Part shown: piece after piece, positions 6,972 to 15,179 of the stretch
Layout of the letters: every line of letters starts with the position of its first letter
How positions within the stretch are numbered: position 1 is the stretch's first letter
NCBI GenBank assembly: GCA_021820965.1
Contig: JAKACZ010000003.1
Coordinates: 9,297 to 41,296 of the forward strand
DNA from: Bacillota bacterium
Lineage (GTDB): Bacteria; Bacillota; Sulfobacillia; Sulfobacillales; Sulfobacillaceae
Length of the DNA: 32,000 nt
Direction of reading: 5' to 3'
Position numbers and translations under genes: made by a program
Notes under the pieces: model-generated
Told to the model about the DNA's origin: nothing
Seen by the model: only the letters and a program-made list of their open reading frames with translations
Database searches by the model: none

Positions 6972-8426
6972 ATGACGTCAGAGCTCTTGGTCCCTGAATC
7001 TGATGCCGGATGGAGCCTGGCCGTGCGCGGGCTGTTGGCCTGGATCGTGGTGGTTGCGTTGATAGGATTCTTTGCGGCCCCGTTTCTGACCCCGGGGCAA
7101 GCAGGCGACTTTTCGTCAGCCCTTGTCGATTTTTATCATGCGATTATGATTCCGGTAGCGGCCTTGTTTCTCATTTTATGCACGTTCGTGTTTCGCGTTC
7201 CGGCTTGGGTGCGTCGATGGGTGGTACAGGCGGGAGTGGTGGGCGCCGGGCTCGATGCGGTGGGATCCTTGGTGCGGGCGTATGGCGACGTGTATCACTC
7301 CGCAGGGTTTGGCGCAGGCGCGTGGATTCAATTCCCCGGCACGCTGATCATGGTCAGCGTAGCTCTGGTGTTTTTGGTTGGATTGGCTCTGACTGCGGTC
7401 AGAACACCCAAGCACTCAGCCGAATCTTCGCCTCTGATGGCGTGGGCGTTGTTTATTTCAGGCGTCTCCGCGGTGAGTGCCGTCGCCTTGGGCGGTATTT
7501 TGGCGGCCTCGGAGGTTGGGCTGTCGTGGGCGGGTTGGGCCCATGCTTTGCATGAAAACACGGGTGGCTTTTTGGGCAATGTGGTGACATCCCACTCCCA
7601 CGACATGCTGCCCGCATTTATGGCCGGCATTGTGCTTCTAGCAGCGCAGGCGTTTGGATACACCCATCTGCAAGGTCTGCGCCGTCGGGTAGCGCAGTGG
7701 GGCATCGCGATCTTGTTGATCGGGGTAGTCTTAATGACCCTCGCCTACGTGCTGTCCTCCCTCGGAACCTATAATATTCCCGCTCTGTGGGTTTCTGGGC
7801 CGCAGGGCGTCAATGGCATTGCCGAGGATGACTTTCTGACGGGGTTGGTCGGATGGGGAAGCTTGATCCTAATGGTCAGCCTGTGGTCGGAACTTCGCGA
7901 TCGGGCCCGGGTCGCGGCGGCAACCGTACGCAGCCGGATTAATCCGGTGCGGCTGGCGGTGTTTTTGACCTGGATTTGCGCCATGGTGGCCATGATTGTC
8001 TATGGTTACTACATTGAATTGCACGAGGTGGTGTTCGGCGGGGGTGCTTTGCCGGCTCCGGGAGCCATCAATGACCAGATTTTCACGCGAGCGCATCTCT
8101 TGTATGTGTTCCTTGCGCTTCCGGTTCTCGCGGTCTTTCTCCTGGCGGCCGAACTGACGGCGGATCCCGCCCGCAGGCGGTTGACCGGATCGATGGCGGG
8201 GGTCGGCATCGCGGGAATGTTGGTAAGTCTAGTGGGATTGGGCTGGTGGACGTTTGCGACACCGGGACACGCGGTGAGTTGGGCTCTGGCCAGCGGCGGG
8301 CATGATGTTTATGTGCTCGGCCAAGCCCTGATGTTGCTTGCGGCAGTGATGCAATTGTTTATCGGTAGCCGAGCGGTTCCGCCGGCCCCATTGCGGGCAG
8401 AGTCGGCGCCCGCCTCCCCGCATTAG
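6972..8426 (+). CDS. Polytopic (about 12-14 TM) His-rich membrane protein of unknown family
   Basis: Long ORF with a consistent hydrophobic periodicity. I prefer the ATG at 6972 (ribosome-binding site GAAGGAGGAG) over the track GTG at 6945. Histidines sit in or near helices: FYHAIMIP, WAHALHENTGG, TSHSHDMLPAF, YTHLQG, IELHEV, TRAHLLYV. No family signature was recognised. Confidence 0.7.
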   Translation: MTSELLVPESDAGWSLAVRGLLAWIVVVALIGFFAAPFLTPGQAGDFSSALVDFYHAIMIPVAALFLILCTFVFRVPAWVRRWVVQAGVVGAGLDAVGSLVRAYGDVYHSAGFGAGAWIQFPGTLIMVSVALVFLVGLALTAVRTPKHSAESSPLMAWALFISGVSAVSAVALGGILAASEVGLSWAGWAHALHENTGGFLGNVVTSHSHDMLPAFMAGIVLLAAQAFGYTHLQGLRRRVAQWGIAILLIGVVLMTLAYVLSSLGTYNIPALWVSGPQGVNGIAEDDFLTGLVGWGSLILMVSLWSELRDRARVAAATVRSRINPVRLAVFLTWICAMVAMIVYGYYIELHEVVFGGGALPAPGAINDQIFTRAHLLYVFLALPVLAVFLLAAELTADPARRRLTGSMAGVGIAGMLVSLVGLGWWTFATPGHAVSWALASGGHDVYVLGQALMLLAAVMQLFIGSRAVPPAPLRAESAPASPH

Positions 8427-8440
8427 TCGAGGCACGCCAG

Positions 8441-8468
8441 GCGCGCGACATCGCTCGGGGTCGCGCGC
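8441..8468 (+). terminator. GC-rich hairpin after the membrane-protein gene (possible terminator or attenuator)
   Basis: GCGCGCGAC (8441-8449) pairs perfectly with GTCGCGCGC (8460-8468) around a 10-nt loop. It begins 15 nt after the stop codon. The downstream U-tract is weak (TTCCTT). Confidence 0.4.
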
Positions 8469-8771
8469 TTCCTTGCGCCTAGGGAGCAGCGTCCGTCTCA
8501 GGCTAGAGCACTCCCGGCGGCTCCATGCGGCGTTGACCGTCTGATCTTTGTCAGCAGGCGGTTGGAGCTTTTTGGGCACGGGGGTTGGTCGTTAGGGGCT
8601 GAGAGCATGGGGCCTAAAGAGTCACAACAAGCCGGGCCGAAAATCGACGGATCATACTTGTCCGTATGGTTGCGTCCGTAAAACGGCCTAAACATGCGGG
8701 ACCCCCTGGCCCCCGGTTTTGGGGGAGGATGGCTCTGTTTCCAACGAGGTTTGAAGAACTATCATAAGTTT

Positions 8772-8787
8772 TGTGACGATGGTCACA
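8772..8787. promoter_or_regulatory. Crp/Fnr-type box TGTGACGATGGTCACA (box 2)
   Basis: TGTGA-N6-TCACA read directly, about 90-105 nt upstream of the Fe-S subunit start. It shares the flanks TTGTGA...TCACAATC with box 1. Confidence 0.5.
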
Positions 8788-8878
8788 ATCTTCTTTCTGC
8801 CGTGTCCCTTGGTTACCTGTGGAGACGATCGGAGCCTCACGGGAGGACACGAGACAGGCCAGGGAGGGGCGAAAAGAC

Positions 8879-9952
8879 GTGAAACCAGAACAGGGCCCCA
8901 TGTCGCGACGACGCGTCATCCGGCAATTGGCCCTCACCGCTATCAGCTTATCCGCAGCCGGAACATTGCTGCGCAGCCGCATACGGGTTCAAAGTGTACG
9001 TGCCATCGCGGCGCGGCGATGGCGCCGCTGGGCGGGTGAAGCGGCGCTTCAGCGGGACTACTACCGTACCAAACCCCGGTGGGCCAGTTGGACCGTTCCG
9101 GCCCTGAATGTGGCCGATGGGTGGTCGGAACCTCAGGCGTGGATGCCCACCATCGAAAACTCACATCATGTCTCATATATCCATGATAATTTCCAACGGC
9201 TGTTGCCCGTGACCAAGCTGCCTCATCACTGGGTCATGGTGATTGACCTTCGTAAGTGCATTGGCTGCCAGGCCTGCGTGGTGGCCTGCAAGAGTGAGAA
9301 TAACGTGCCGGTGGGAGTGTACCGGACCTGGGTACAGGTTGTCGAGACCGGGAGCATGGAGCCGAGCCTGACCGGTCCGGTCGTCACTGCTGAGGGACAG
9401 TTTGAACCGAACGTGAAACGGTACAGTTTGCCGCGACTGTGCAATCACTGTGACGCGCCGCCGTGCGTGGAGGTGTGTCCTGTGCAGGCCACGTTCAAAC
9501 GGGAGGATGGGTTGGTTCTCATCGATTATCCGAAATGTTTGGGATGCGGATACTGCATTAATGCCTGTCCCTATGATGCGCGTTTCTTCAATCCGATCCA
9601 ACAAACCGCCGACAAATGTACCTTTTGCGTACAGCGGCTGGATCGGGGGCTGTTGCCGGCGTGCGTCACCTCTTGTGTGGGCAGGGCCCGCATTTTCGGA
9701 GATCTCAACGATCCTCACAGTGCCGTATCTCGGTTAATCGCGCAATACCCCACCGTGCATTTAAAGAGCACCATGGGGACCAAACCGCAAGTCTTTTACA
9801 TCGATATGGATGGTGTGCTCGCGGAAGACGGTGCCGGCACGTTGAATACCATCTATCCGTATGCCGTCGGCACCAATACGTACGAGTACGACGATTTGAC
9901 GGGGCGGGTACTGCTTGAGACGCCGACAGGCGGAGAAAGGAGGACGACCTGA
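8879..9952 (+). CDS. Tat-signal 4x[4Fe-4S] ferredoxin-type electron-transfer subunit of a molybdoenzyme (TtrB/PsrB/NrfC-like)
   Basis: Twin-arginine motif MSRRRVIRQLALTAISLSAAG. Four Cys groups: CIGCQACVVAC, CNHCDAPPCVEVCP, CLGCGYCINACP, CTFCVQR...CVTSC. The start is ambiguous. GTG 8879 has GGGAGGGG 9 nt upstream; ATG 8900 and the track start 8819 are also possible. Confidence 0.9.
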   Translation: MKPEQGPMSRRRVIRQLALTAISLSAAGTLLRSRIRVQSVRAIAARRWRRWAGEAALQRDYYRTKPRWASWTVPALNVADGWSEPQAWMPTIENSHHVSYIHDNFQRLLPVTKLPHHWVMVIDLRKCIGCQACVVACKSENNVPVGVYRTWVQVVETGSMEPSLTGPVVTAEGQFEPNVKRYSLPRLCNHCDAPPCVEVCPVQATFKREDGLVLIDYPKCLGCGYCINACPYDARFFNPIQQTADKCTFCVQRLDRGLLPACVTSCVGRARIFGDLNDPHSAVSRLIAQYPTVHLKSTMGTKPQVFYIDMDGVLAEDGAGTLNTIYPYAVGTNTYEYDDLTGRVLLETPTGGERRTT

Positions 9953-11160
9953 TGCCACATGGGGCGTTAATTCAGTCGGGACTTGAAAACGTGTACTGGG
10001 GTCTCATGATTGTGACCTATCCCTACATCTCCGGCTTGGTGGCCGGATCGTTTGTGGTCTCATCGTTGAGTCATGTGTTTCACCAAAAGGTGTTCGACCA
10101 ATTGGCCCCTCTGGCGGTGTTGATCAGTTTTGCGCTACTCTTGGCCGCTCCGCTCACCGTGCTGGGTGATGCGCGCCAGCCCACCAATTTTCTGGAACTG
10201 CTGAGTCGGGGCCATTGGCCGTATTCCCCCATTGCATTCTTCATTTTGATTTGGTTGGCCTACATTGTGCTGATGTTGTGTGAACTCTACTTTGCCTTCC
10301 GCGCCGAAAACGTGCGGCGCGCCGCCCTCGGCGGTCCCCGCCAGCGGCTGTACCGGATCTTGGCGCTGGGCAATCGCGATCTAAGGCCCGAGGCGGCCTT
10401 GCGCGATAAACGGATCCTCTTGGTGCTTTCTAGCCTGGGCATCCTCATGGCATTTCTCTTCCATGGATACATCGGGTTCATCTTTGGCTCGACCAAAGCC
10501 CGGCCTCTCTGGGCGACCCCGCTGATGCCGGTGCTCTTCATCGTCTCTGCCATGGTATCCGGAATTGCCCTGATGTGGATCGCCTATGTGCTCACCATGC
10601 GGTACTATCGCCGACCGGTGCAAAGAGCTGTCGCCGATGGTCTGTTGCGCTACCTGGTTCTGTTCGTGCTCTTAGACCTCTATATGGATGCGGTCGACTT
10701 TTTGACCAGTGCCGTTCCCGCCTATACTCAAGGACCGACTGCTGAGGGGTTTCAGCGCATATTGCTGCATGGGCCCGATACCGGGGTCTATCTAGGGTTG
10801 CAACTGGGCGTCGGCCTGTTCGTGCCGTTATTGGTGTGGGTAATTCCCCGGTTGCGCAAATCCCTCATCGGGGGGGCCGTGATGACCGCGGCTGTTCTTA
10901 TCGGAGTGTACGCCATGCGCTGGGATGTGGTGATTGCCGGGCAGGTTCAGTCCAAGATTTCGCAAAACCTGGTCGCCGTCAAGATTCCCTGGTTTGGCTT
11001 TGATTCCATTCAGACCGTGGTGGGGGTGTTCGCGGTGGCCTTTGTGGTGTTTACGGGATTAGCGTGGCTGTTTCCTTGGAAATCATGGGAAACGCCAGCC
11101 GAATGGCAAGGAGTGGCGAACTCGCAACGGGAGTCGCTCCAAGGAGGCGAACGGGCATGA
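9952..11160 (+). CDS. NrfD/PsrC/TtrC-family integral membrane quinol-interacting subunit
   Basis: 402 aa with about 8-10 TM helices. The N-terminus WGLMIVTYPYISGLVAGSF is typical of NrfD-family proteins. The ATG overlaps the upstream TGA (TGATG at 9950-9954) and an AAGGAGG ribosome-binding site is present. Confidence 0.85.
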   Translation: MPHGALIQSGLENVYWGLMIVTYPYISGLVAGSFVVSSLSHVFHQKVFDQLAPLAVLISFALLLAAPLTVLGDARQPTNFLELLSRGHWPYSPIAFFILIWLAYIVLMLCELYFAFRAENVRRAALGGPRQRLYRILALGNRDLRPEAALRDKRILLVLSSLGILMAFLFHGYIGFIFGSTKARPLWATPLMPVLFIVSAMVSGIALMWIAYVLTMRYYRRPVQRAVADGLLRYLVLFVLLDLYMDAVDFLTSAVPAYTQGPTAEGFQRILLHGPDTGVYLGLQLGVGLFVPLLVWVIPRLRKSLIGGAVMTAAVLIGVYAMRWDVVIAGQVQSKISQNLVAVKIPWFGFDSIQTVVGVFAVAFVVFTGLAWLFPWKSWETPAEWQGVANSQRESLQGGERA

Positions 11161-14100
11161 GTAAGGACTCGGGAAAATCGTCCCTGGCTCGCGTGTCGCG
11201 GCGGGACTTTTTGAAAGGCGCCAGTTTGGCGGGCGGCGGCCTGGTGGCGGGCGGATGGGGGTTGTCGCCATGGATCGGCGATGTGTTTCATCGCCGGGGC
11301 ACATACGTCTATCCCAATCGTCCGCCGACATGGAATGGAGTAGAGACAAAATACAGCGTCTGCAAACAGTGTGGTAGCGACTGCGGGCTCGAGGCCCATG
11401 TGTTCCGCGGAGTGCTGCAAAAGCTCGACGGGAATCCATATCATCCCGCTTCGACCGAACCGCATGCCCCTTATGCCACGGCCCTCAGCACGGCTGTGGT
11501 GTGGCCAGCGCCGCATTCGCTGTGCCCCCGTGGCCAGGCCGGACGCCAGACAGTATATGACCCTTACCGGGTGACCGTGCCGCTCAAGCGCGTCGGGCCG
11601 CGCGGCTCGGACCAGTGGGAAGTGATTTCATGGCCTCAGTTGATTAGTGAGGTAGTGGACGGGGGCAGGCTATTTCACAAAGTGCCCGGGGAGTCCAGCC
11701 GGGCGGTGGCGGGCTTTGCCAATCTCTATAACGGGGGGCGGGGTCAGCGTAGTCCCATTGACTCGCGCCATCCGGATCTGGGACCCAAGACCAATGGTTT
11801 AGTGATGTATGTGGGCGAGGCGGAAGCGGGCCAAGGTCAGTTTATCAGCCGGTTTGCCGGCTCCTTCGGCACGGTCAATGTTCAAGGCAACGGGCAGATC
11901 TGCAACAATAATGTGGGAGTTTCCTTCAACCTCTCGACCTCCGGGCAAGCGGGGGAACTGCGTCCGGACGTTCTCAATGCCGAATACGTCATCTGGTTTG
12001 GGCTAAATGCCCTGGAAGCGAATTTTCCCATGCAGGCCTTGGGGCGAAAAGTCGTCGAAGCGGTGAGTGACGGACGGCTGAAGTATCACATGGTCGATGT
12101 GCGTGCTGGCAACGGCCTGATTCACGCCAGCAATCAGACCTGGGTGCGTCCCGGTGGAGACGGCGCCCTGGCCATGGGAATGGTTCGGTGGATTTTGGAA
12201 AATCAGCGGTACAATAGCCCCTATCTCAGTATTCCGCATGCCAAGGCGGCGAACGCGCACGGCGAACCGAACTATACCAATGCGGCCTGGCTGGTGGTGA
12301 GCGATGTGGCACATCCCCACAACCGGGCGTTTTTGACAGCTGCCGAAGCCGGGCTTGTGGCTCAGTCGGATCCCCGCGCCTCCGATCCGGTGGTGTGGGA
12401 CGCTACCAGTGGGAAACCGAAAATTGCTACCGAAGTCTCGAGGGCCAAGCTGTGGCCGAAAAAACCTCTGGATATGAGCCCGGTAAGCGTGGCCGGGGTG
12501 GCCACCAAAACCTCTTTTCAGGTCCTTGCGGAGGAGGCGATGCGCTACAGCTTGCCGCAATACGCGTCGATGGCGGGTACCAACCAACAGACAATTGTGC
12601 ACCTGGCCCGGGAGGTGACCAGTCATGGCCGGCGAGCTGTGGTGGACTTTTTCCGGGGGGCTGTGATGCACACCAATGGGGTGTATACGGGCCGGGCGCT
12701 GATGACGTTAAACCTACTCATCGGGAATCTCGACTGGGTGGGCGGATACATGGTGGGCGGCGGTGGAGCGGACATCCTGGGGAGTAGCCAGGGCCAGCCC
12801 TATTCGCTCGACAATTGGCCCAACATGGGTGCTGGACCCCAGGGAGTTACCATATCCCGCAATGGGACGGCCTACGAATCGACGTCATTTTACCAAGCAC
12901 GGTTGTCCCATAAAGAGTCGCCTTATCCCGCAAAACGTCCCTGGTTCCCGTTTAGCGGAGGGCTGTGGGAGGAGATGTTTGCCGGCATCTATCAGAGCTA
13001 TCCTTATCCCTGTGCCATTCTGGTGCAGCATATTGCCAATCCCGCGTGGAGTGCCCCGGGGATCGGGGGCGCCGACGATGACAACCTGCCGTGGATGCGC
13101 CTGATCAAGGACACCGCGAAGGTCCCGTTATTTATTGCGATTGACACCCAGATTTCGGAGAGTTCCCGCTATGCCGACTACATCGTGCCCGATACAACCT
13201 ATCTGGAAGGCTGGGGGTTCCCGGGCCTGCGCCCCGTGGTTCCCACCAAAACTACCGGCGTTCGGCATCCCGTCATCGAGCCTCTCACCCAAAAGACGCC
13301 CGCGGGTGAACCGATGAGCATGGAACAGTTCTTCATCGATGTGGCCAAGGCACTTCACTTACCCGGATTCGGCCCGAACGCGTTTATCGAGGGGGGCGCA
13401 CTGAATGCCCGGGAGGACTACTACTTGAAAATGGTCGCCAATGTGGCATGGGACTCGTCTTATCAAAAGCGTTCGGGCGCCAAGTTGGTTTCCCTGGGGC
13501 CAGTTCCCGACGCTTCAAGCGCCGAGGAGGAGATGGCGGTTTCGGACCTTCGTACCCGTTATCCGGCGGCGCTGAGTCAGGCAGCTTGGGCCAAAGTCGC
13601 CTATGTGCTGGCGCGCGGGGGGCGCTTTGAAGACTACCCCGTCGGATACCTGCCCAACGCAGAAAGTACGAGTCGGCTGCGTGCGTTGATCACCCGTCAG
13701 GTGCTGCGTACGGGAACGCAGCGCTGGGCCAAGGCGCCGAATCAGATCAGTCCCGAGGATCTTCTGGGAATCTATGGGCATATGCTTCCGACCTGGAGCG
13801 GTGGTTCACCGTTCCAAAACCCGTCGTGGGTGACCCACCAATTGGGGACCGGGGCGCCGTTACAGATCTATAACCCCGATCAGGCCCTGGCCATCAATGC
13901 GTTGACTGGTACCCATTTCTTGGGTACGGGAAGCTACCAGCCGCCGCAGACGATGCGGGGCCAATTGCTGACGCATCTTGACCCGTCATCCGAATTTCCC
14001 TTTGTGCTCACCACACGGAAAGAAACGGTGCAAAGCAAGGCATGGACCATTGCCGATCCCTGGCTCTTGGAGATGCTACCGGAGGCGTTTATTGACATGA

Positions 14101-14453
14101 ACCCGATCGATGCCCGTCGCCTCGGGATTCACGAAGGGGATGAGGTTCGCGTATCCTCCCGTACCTATCCCCGCGGCCTGACCGGGCGGGTTCGCTTGTT
14201 GCCCGGGGTTCGCCCCGGCGTGATCTCCTTTCCCCATGGATATGGCCACTGGCATTACGGATCCAGCAAGTGGGTCATCGACGGACGATCTTACGTCGGA
14301 GACTCGGCCCGAAACGCCCCCGTGCGGTTGAACGCCGTGATGCGGCTCGACCCTAGTTTGGCGGCCCCGGACGGGTGGACCATCGCACTGGAAGATCCGA
14401 TTGGCGGCGGGTGCGCCTATTTTGAGACGGCTGTTCGGATTCAGAAAGTCTAG
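11157..14453 (+). CDS. Molybdopterin (bis-PGD) oxidoreductase catalytic subunit, Tat-exported, TtrA-like size (1098 aa)
   Basis: ATG at 11157 overlaps the nrfD-like stop as ATGA, with an AGGAGG ribosome-binding site. Tat motif SRRDFLKGASLAGGGL. N-terminal FS0 motif CKQCGSDC...(46 aa)...LCPRG. Also GNPYHP, DPYRVTVPLKRVGPRG, and a C-terminal Molydop-binding-like barrel (...VRVSSRTY...GVISFPHGYGHW). The track start at 11064 is rejected because it overlaps nrfD by 97 nt. Confidence 0.9.
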   Translation: MSKDSGKSSLARVSRRDFLKGASLAGGGLVAGGWGLSPWIGDVFHRRGTYVYPNRPPTWNGVETKYSVCKQCGSDCGLEAHVFRGVLQKLDGNPYHPASTEPHAPYATALSTAVVWPAPHSLCPRGQAGRQTVYDPYRVTVPLKRVGPRGSDQWEVISWPQLISEVVDGGRLFHKVPGESSRAVAGFANLYNGGRGQRSPIDSRHPDLGPKTNGLVMYVGEAEAGQGQFISRFAGSFGTVNVQGNGQICNNNVGVSFNLSTSGQAGELRPDVLNAEYVIWFGLNALEANFPMQALGRKVVEAVSDGRLKYHMVDVRAGNGLIHASNQTWVRPGGDGALAMGMVRWILENQRYNSPYLSIPHAKAANAHGEPNYTNAAWLVVSDVAHPHNRAFLTAAEAGLVAQSDPRASDPVVWDATSGKPKIATEVSRAKLWPKKPLDMSPVSVAGVATKTSFQVLAEEAMRYSLPQYASMAGTNQQTIVHLAREVTSHGRRAVVDFFRGAVMHTNGVYTGRALMTLNLLIGNLDWVGGYMVGGGGADILGSSQGQPYSLDNWPNMGAGPQGVTISRNGTAYESTSFYQARLSHKESPYPAKRPWFPFSGGLWEEMFAGIYQSYPYPCAILVQHIANPAWSAPGIGGADDDNLPWMRLIKDTAKVPLFIAIDTQISESSRYADYIVPDTTYLEGWGFPGLRPVVPTKTTGVRHPVIEPLTQKTPAGEPMSMEQFFIDVAKALHLPGFGPNAFIEGGALNAREDYYLKMVANVAWDSSYQKRSGAKLVSLGPVPDASSAEEEMAVSDLRTRYPAALSQAAWAKVAYVLARGGRFEDYPVGYLPNAESTSRLRALITRQVLRTGTQRWAKAPNQISPEDLLGIYGHMLPTWSGGSPFQNPSWVTHQLGTGAPLQIYNPDQALAINALTGTHFLGTGSYQPPQTMRGQLLTHLDPSSEFPFVLTTRKETVQSKAWTIADPWLLEMLPEAFIDMNPIDARRLGIHEGDEVRVSSRTYPRGLTGRVRLLPGVRPGVISFPHGYGHWHYGSSKWVIDGRSYVGDSARNAPVRLNAVMRLDPSLAAPDGWTIALEDPIGGGCAYFETAVRIQKV

Positions 14454-14457
14454 CTAG

Positions 14458-15105
14458 GTGACGGAATCAGGGAACGGGGGCAAATCCATGAAAACCGAGA
14501 CAATGGTCTGGTCGGCGGACGAGATGGCGGCGGGATATGATTATCTAGCGTCCGCGTTTCTTTACGGACCGGTGCGCCTGGACCCCACCGTGCAAGCCAC
14601 CTGGGGAGAACGCGTGGCTAAAAGAAGCGCCGACTTGGGCGACTTATGGACTACGGTGACCGGAGCATTGGCCCACGAGGTCGACGAGCAGCGAGCGATG
14701 GTGGATTTTCACGAATGCTTGGAGGTTCCCCTGCCGGGACGCTACGTAGCGCCGTACGCCTCCGTGTACCTGGACAAACCCGTCACGCTGTGGGGCCCCA
14801 CGACTTGGCGAGTGCTGCAGTGGTACGAGCAAGGAGAGCTGGAGTGGCATCGGTTCCGCCATGTGGCGGCGCCGGACCATATGGGGGTCGAATGGGCGTT
14901 TTTGGCGGAACTGAGCGCCGACTTGAGGCCGGAAGCCAATGCATTGCGCAGAACATTTATCGCGGAGCACGTGTTGCGCTGGGTCCCCGCGTTTCTCACC
15001 CGCCTCGAGAGCGCGGCTCGCAGCCCCTATTATCCGGCTCTGGCGCATTGGGGGATCGCATGGATCGAGGCAACAGGTACCGCGGAACAGGGGGGAGCGG
15101 AATAG
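14458..15105 (+). CDS. TorD/DmsD/NarJ-family redox-enzyme maturation chaperone
   Basis: Pattern YDYLASAFLYGP...PLPGRYVAPYASVYL...WGP...YEQGELEW......APDHMGVEWAFLAEL...FIAEHVLRWVPAF. The gene lies directly after the catalytic subunit. The start may instead be ATG 14488. Confidence 0.8.
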   Translation: MTESGNGGKSMKTETMVWSADEMAAGYDYLASAFLYGPVRLDPTVQATWGERVAKRSADLGDLWTTVTGALAHEVDEQRAMVDFHECLEVPLPGRYVAPYASVYLDKPVTLWGPTTWRVLQWYEQGELEWHRFRHVAAPDHMGVEWAFLAELSADLRPEANALRRTFIAEHVLRWVPAFLTRLESAARSPYYPALAHWGIAWIEATGTAEQGGAE

Positions 15106-15179
15106 GCTTTTCTCCGGAAGGTGGGAATAGTGCCGCTGTCCGCTGCACGATGATCGGAACATCGGGATGAAAGGGGGCG

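Noticed and set aside
7010-8209. ORFs overlapping the 484-aa membrane-protein gene: 7010-7555 (+), 7176-7415 (-), 7328-7705 (-), 7769-7993 (-), 7869-8096 (-) and 8009-8209 (-).
   Set aside because: Arg/Gly/Pro-rich, low-complexity translations with no ribosome-binding site. They are alternative-frame and antisense shadows of a clearly hydrophobic-periodic frame.
8229-9039. Track ORFs in the ~450-bp interval between the membrane-protein gene and the Fe-S subunit gene: 8229-8579 (-), 8498-8695 (-), 8614-8982 (-), 8694-8882 (+) and 8773-9039 (+).
   Set aside because: They mutually overlap, have no ribosome-binding sites and have Arg-rich odd composition. The interval is better explained as terminator hairpin plus promoter/Crp-Fnr box region.
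11010-13781. Antisense or off-frame ORFs within the NrfD and catalytic-subunit genes (for example 11010-11516 (-) 168 aa, 12003-12671 (-) 222 aa, 12395-12787 (+) 130 aa).
   Set aside because: They lie wholly inside strongly supported genes and have no motifs. They are GC-rich shadow frames.
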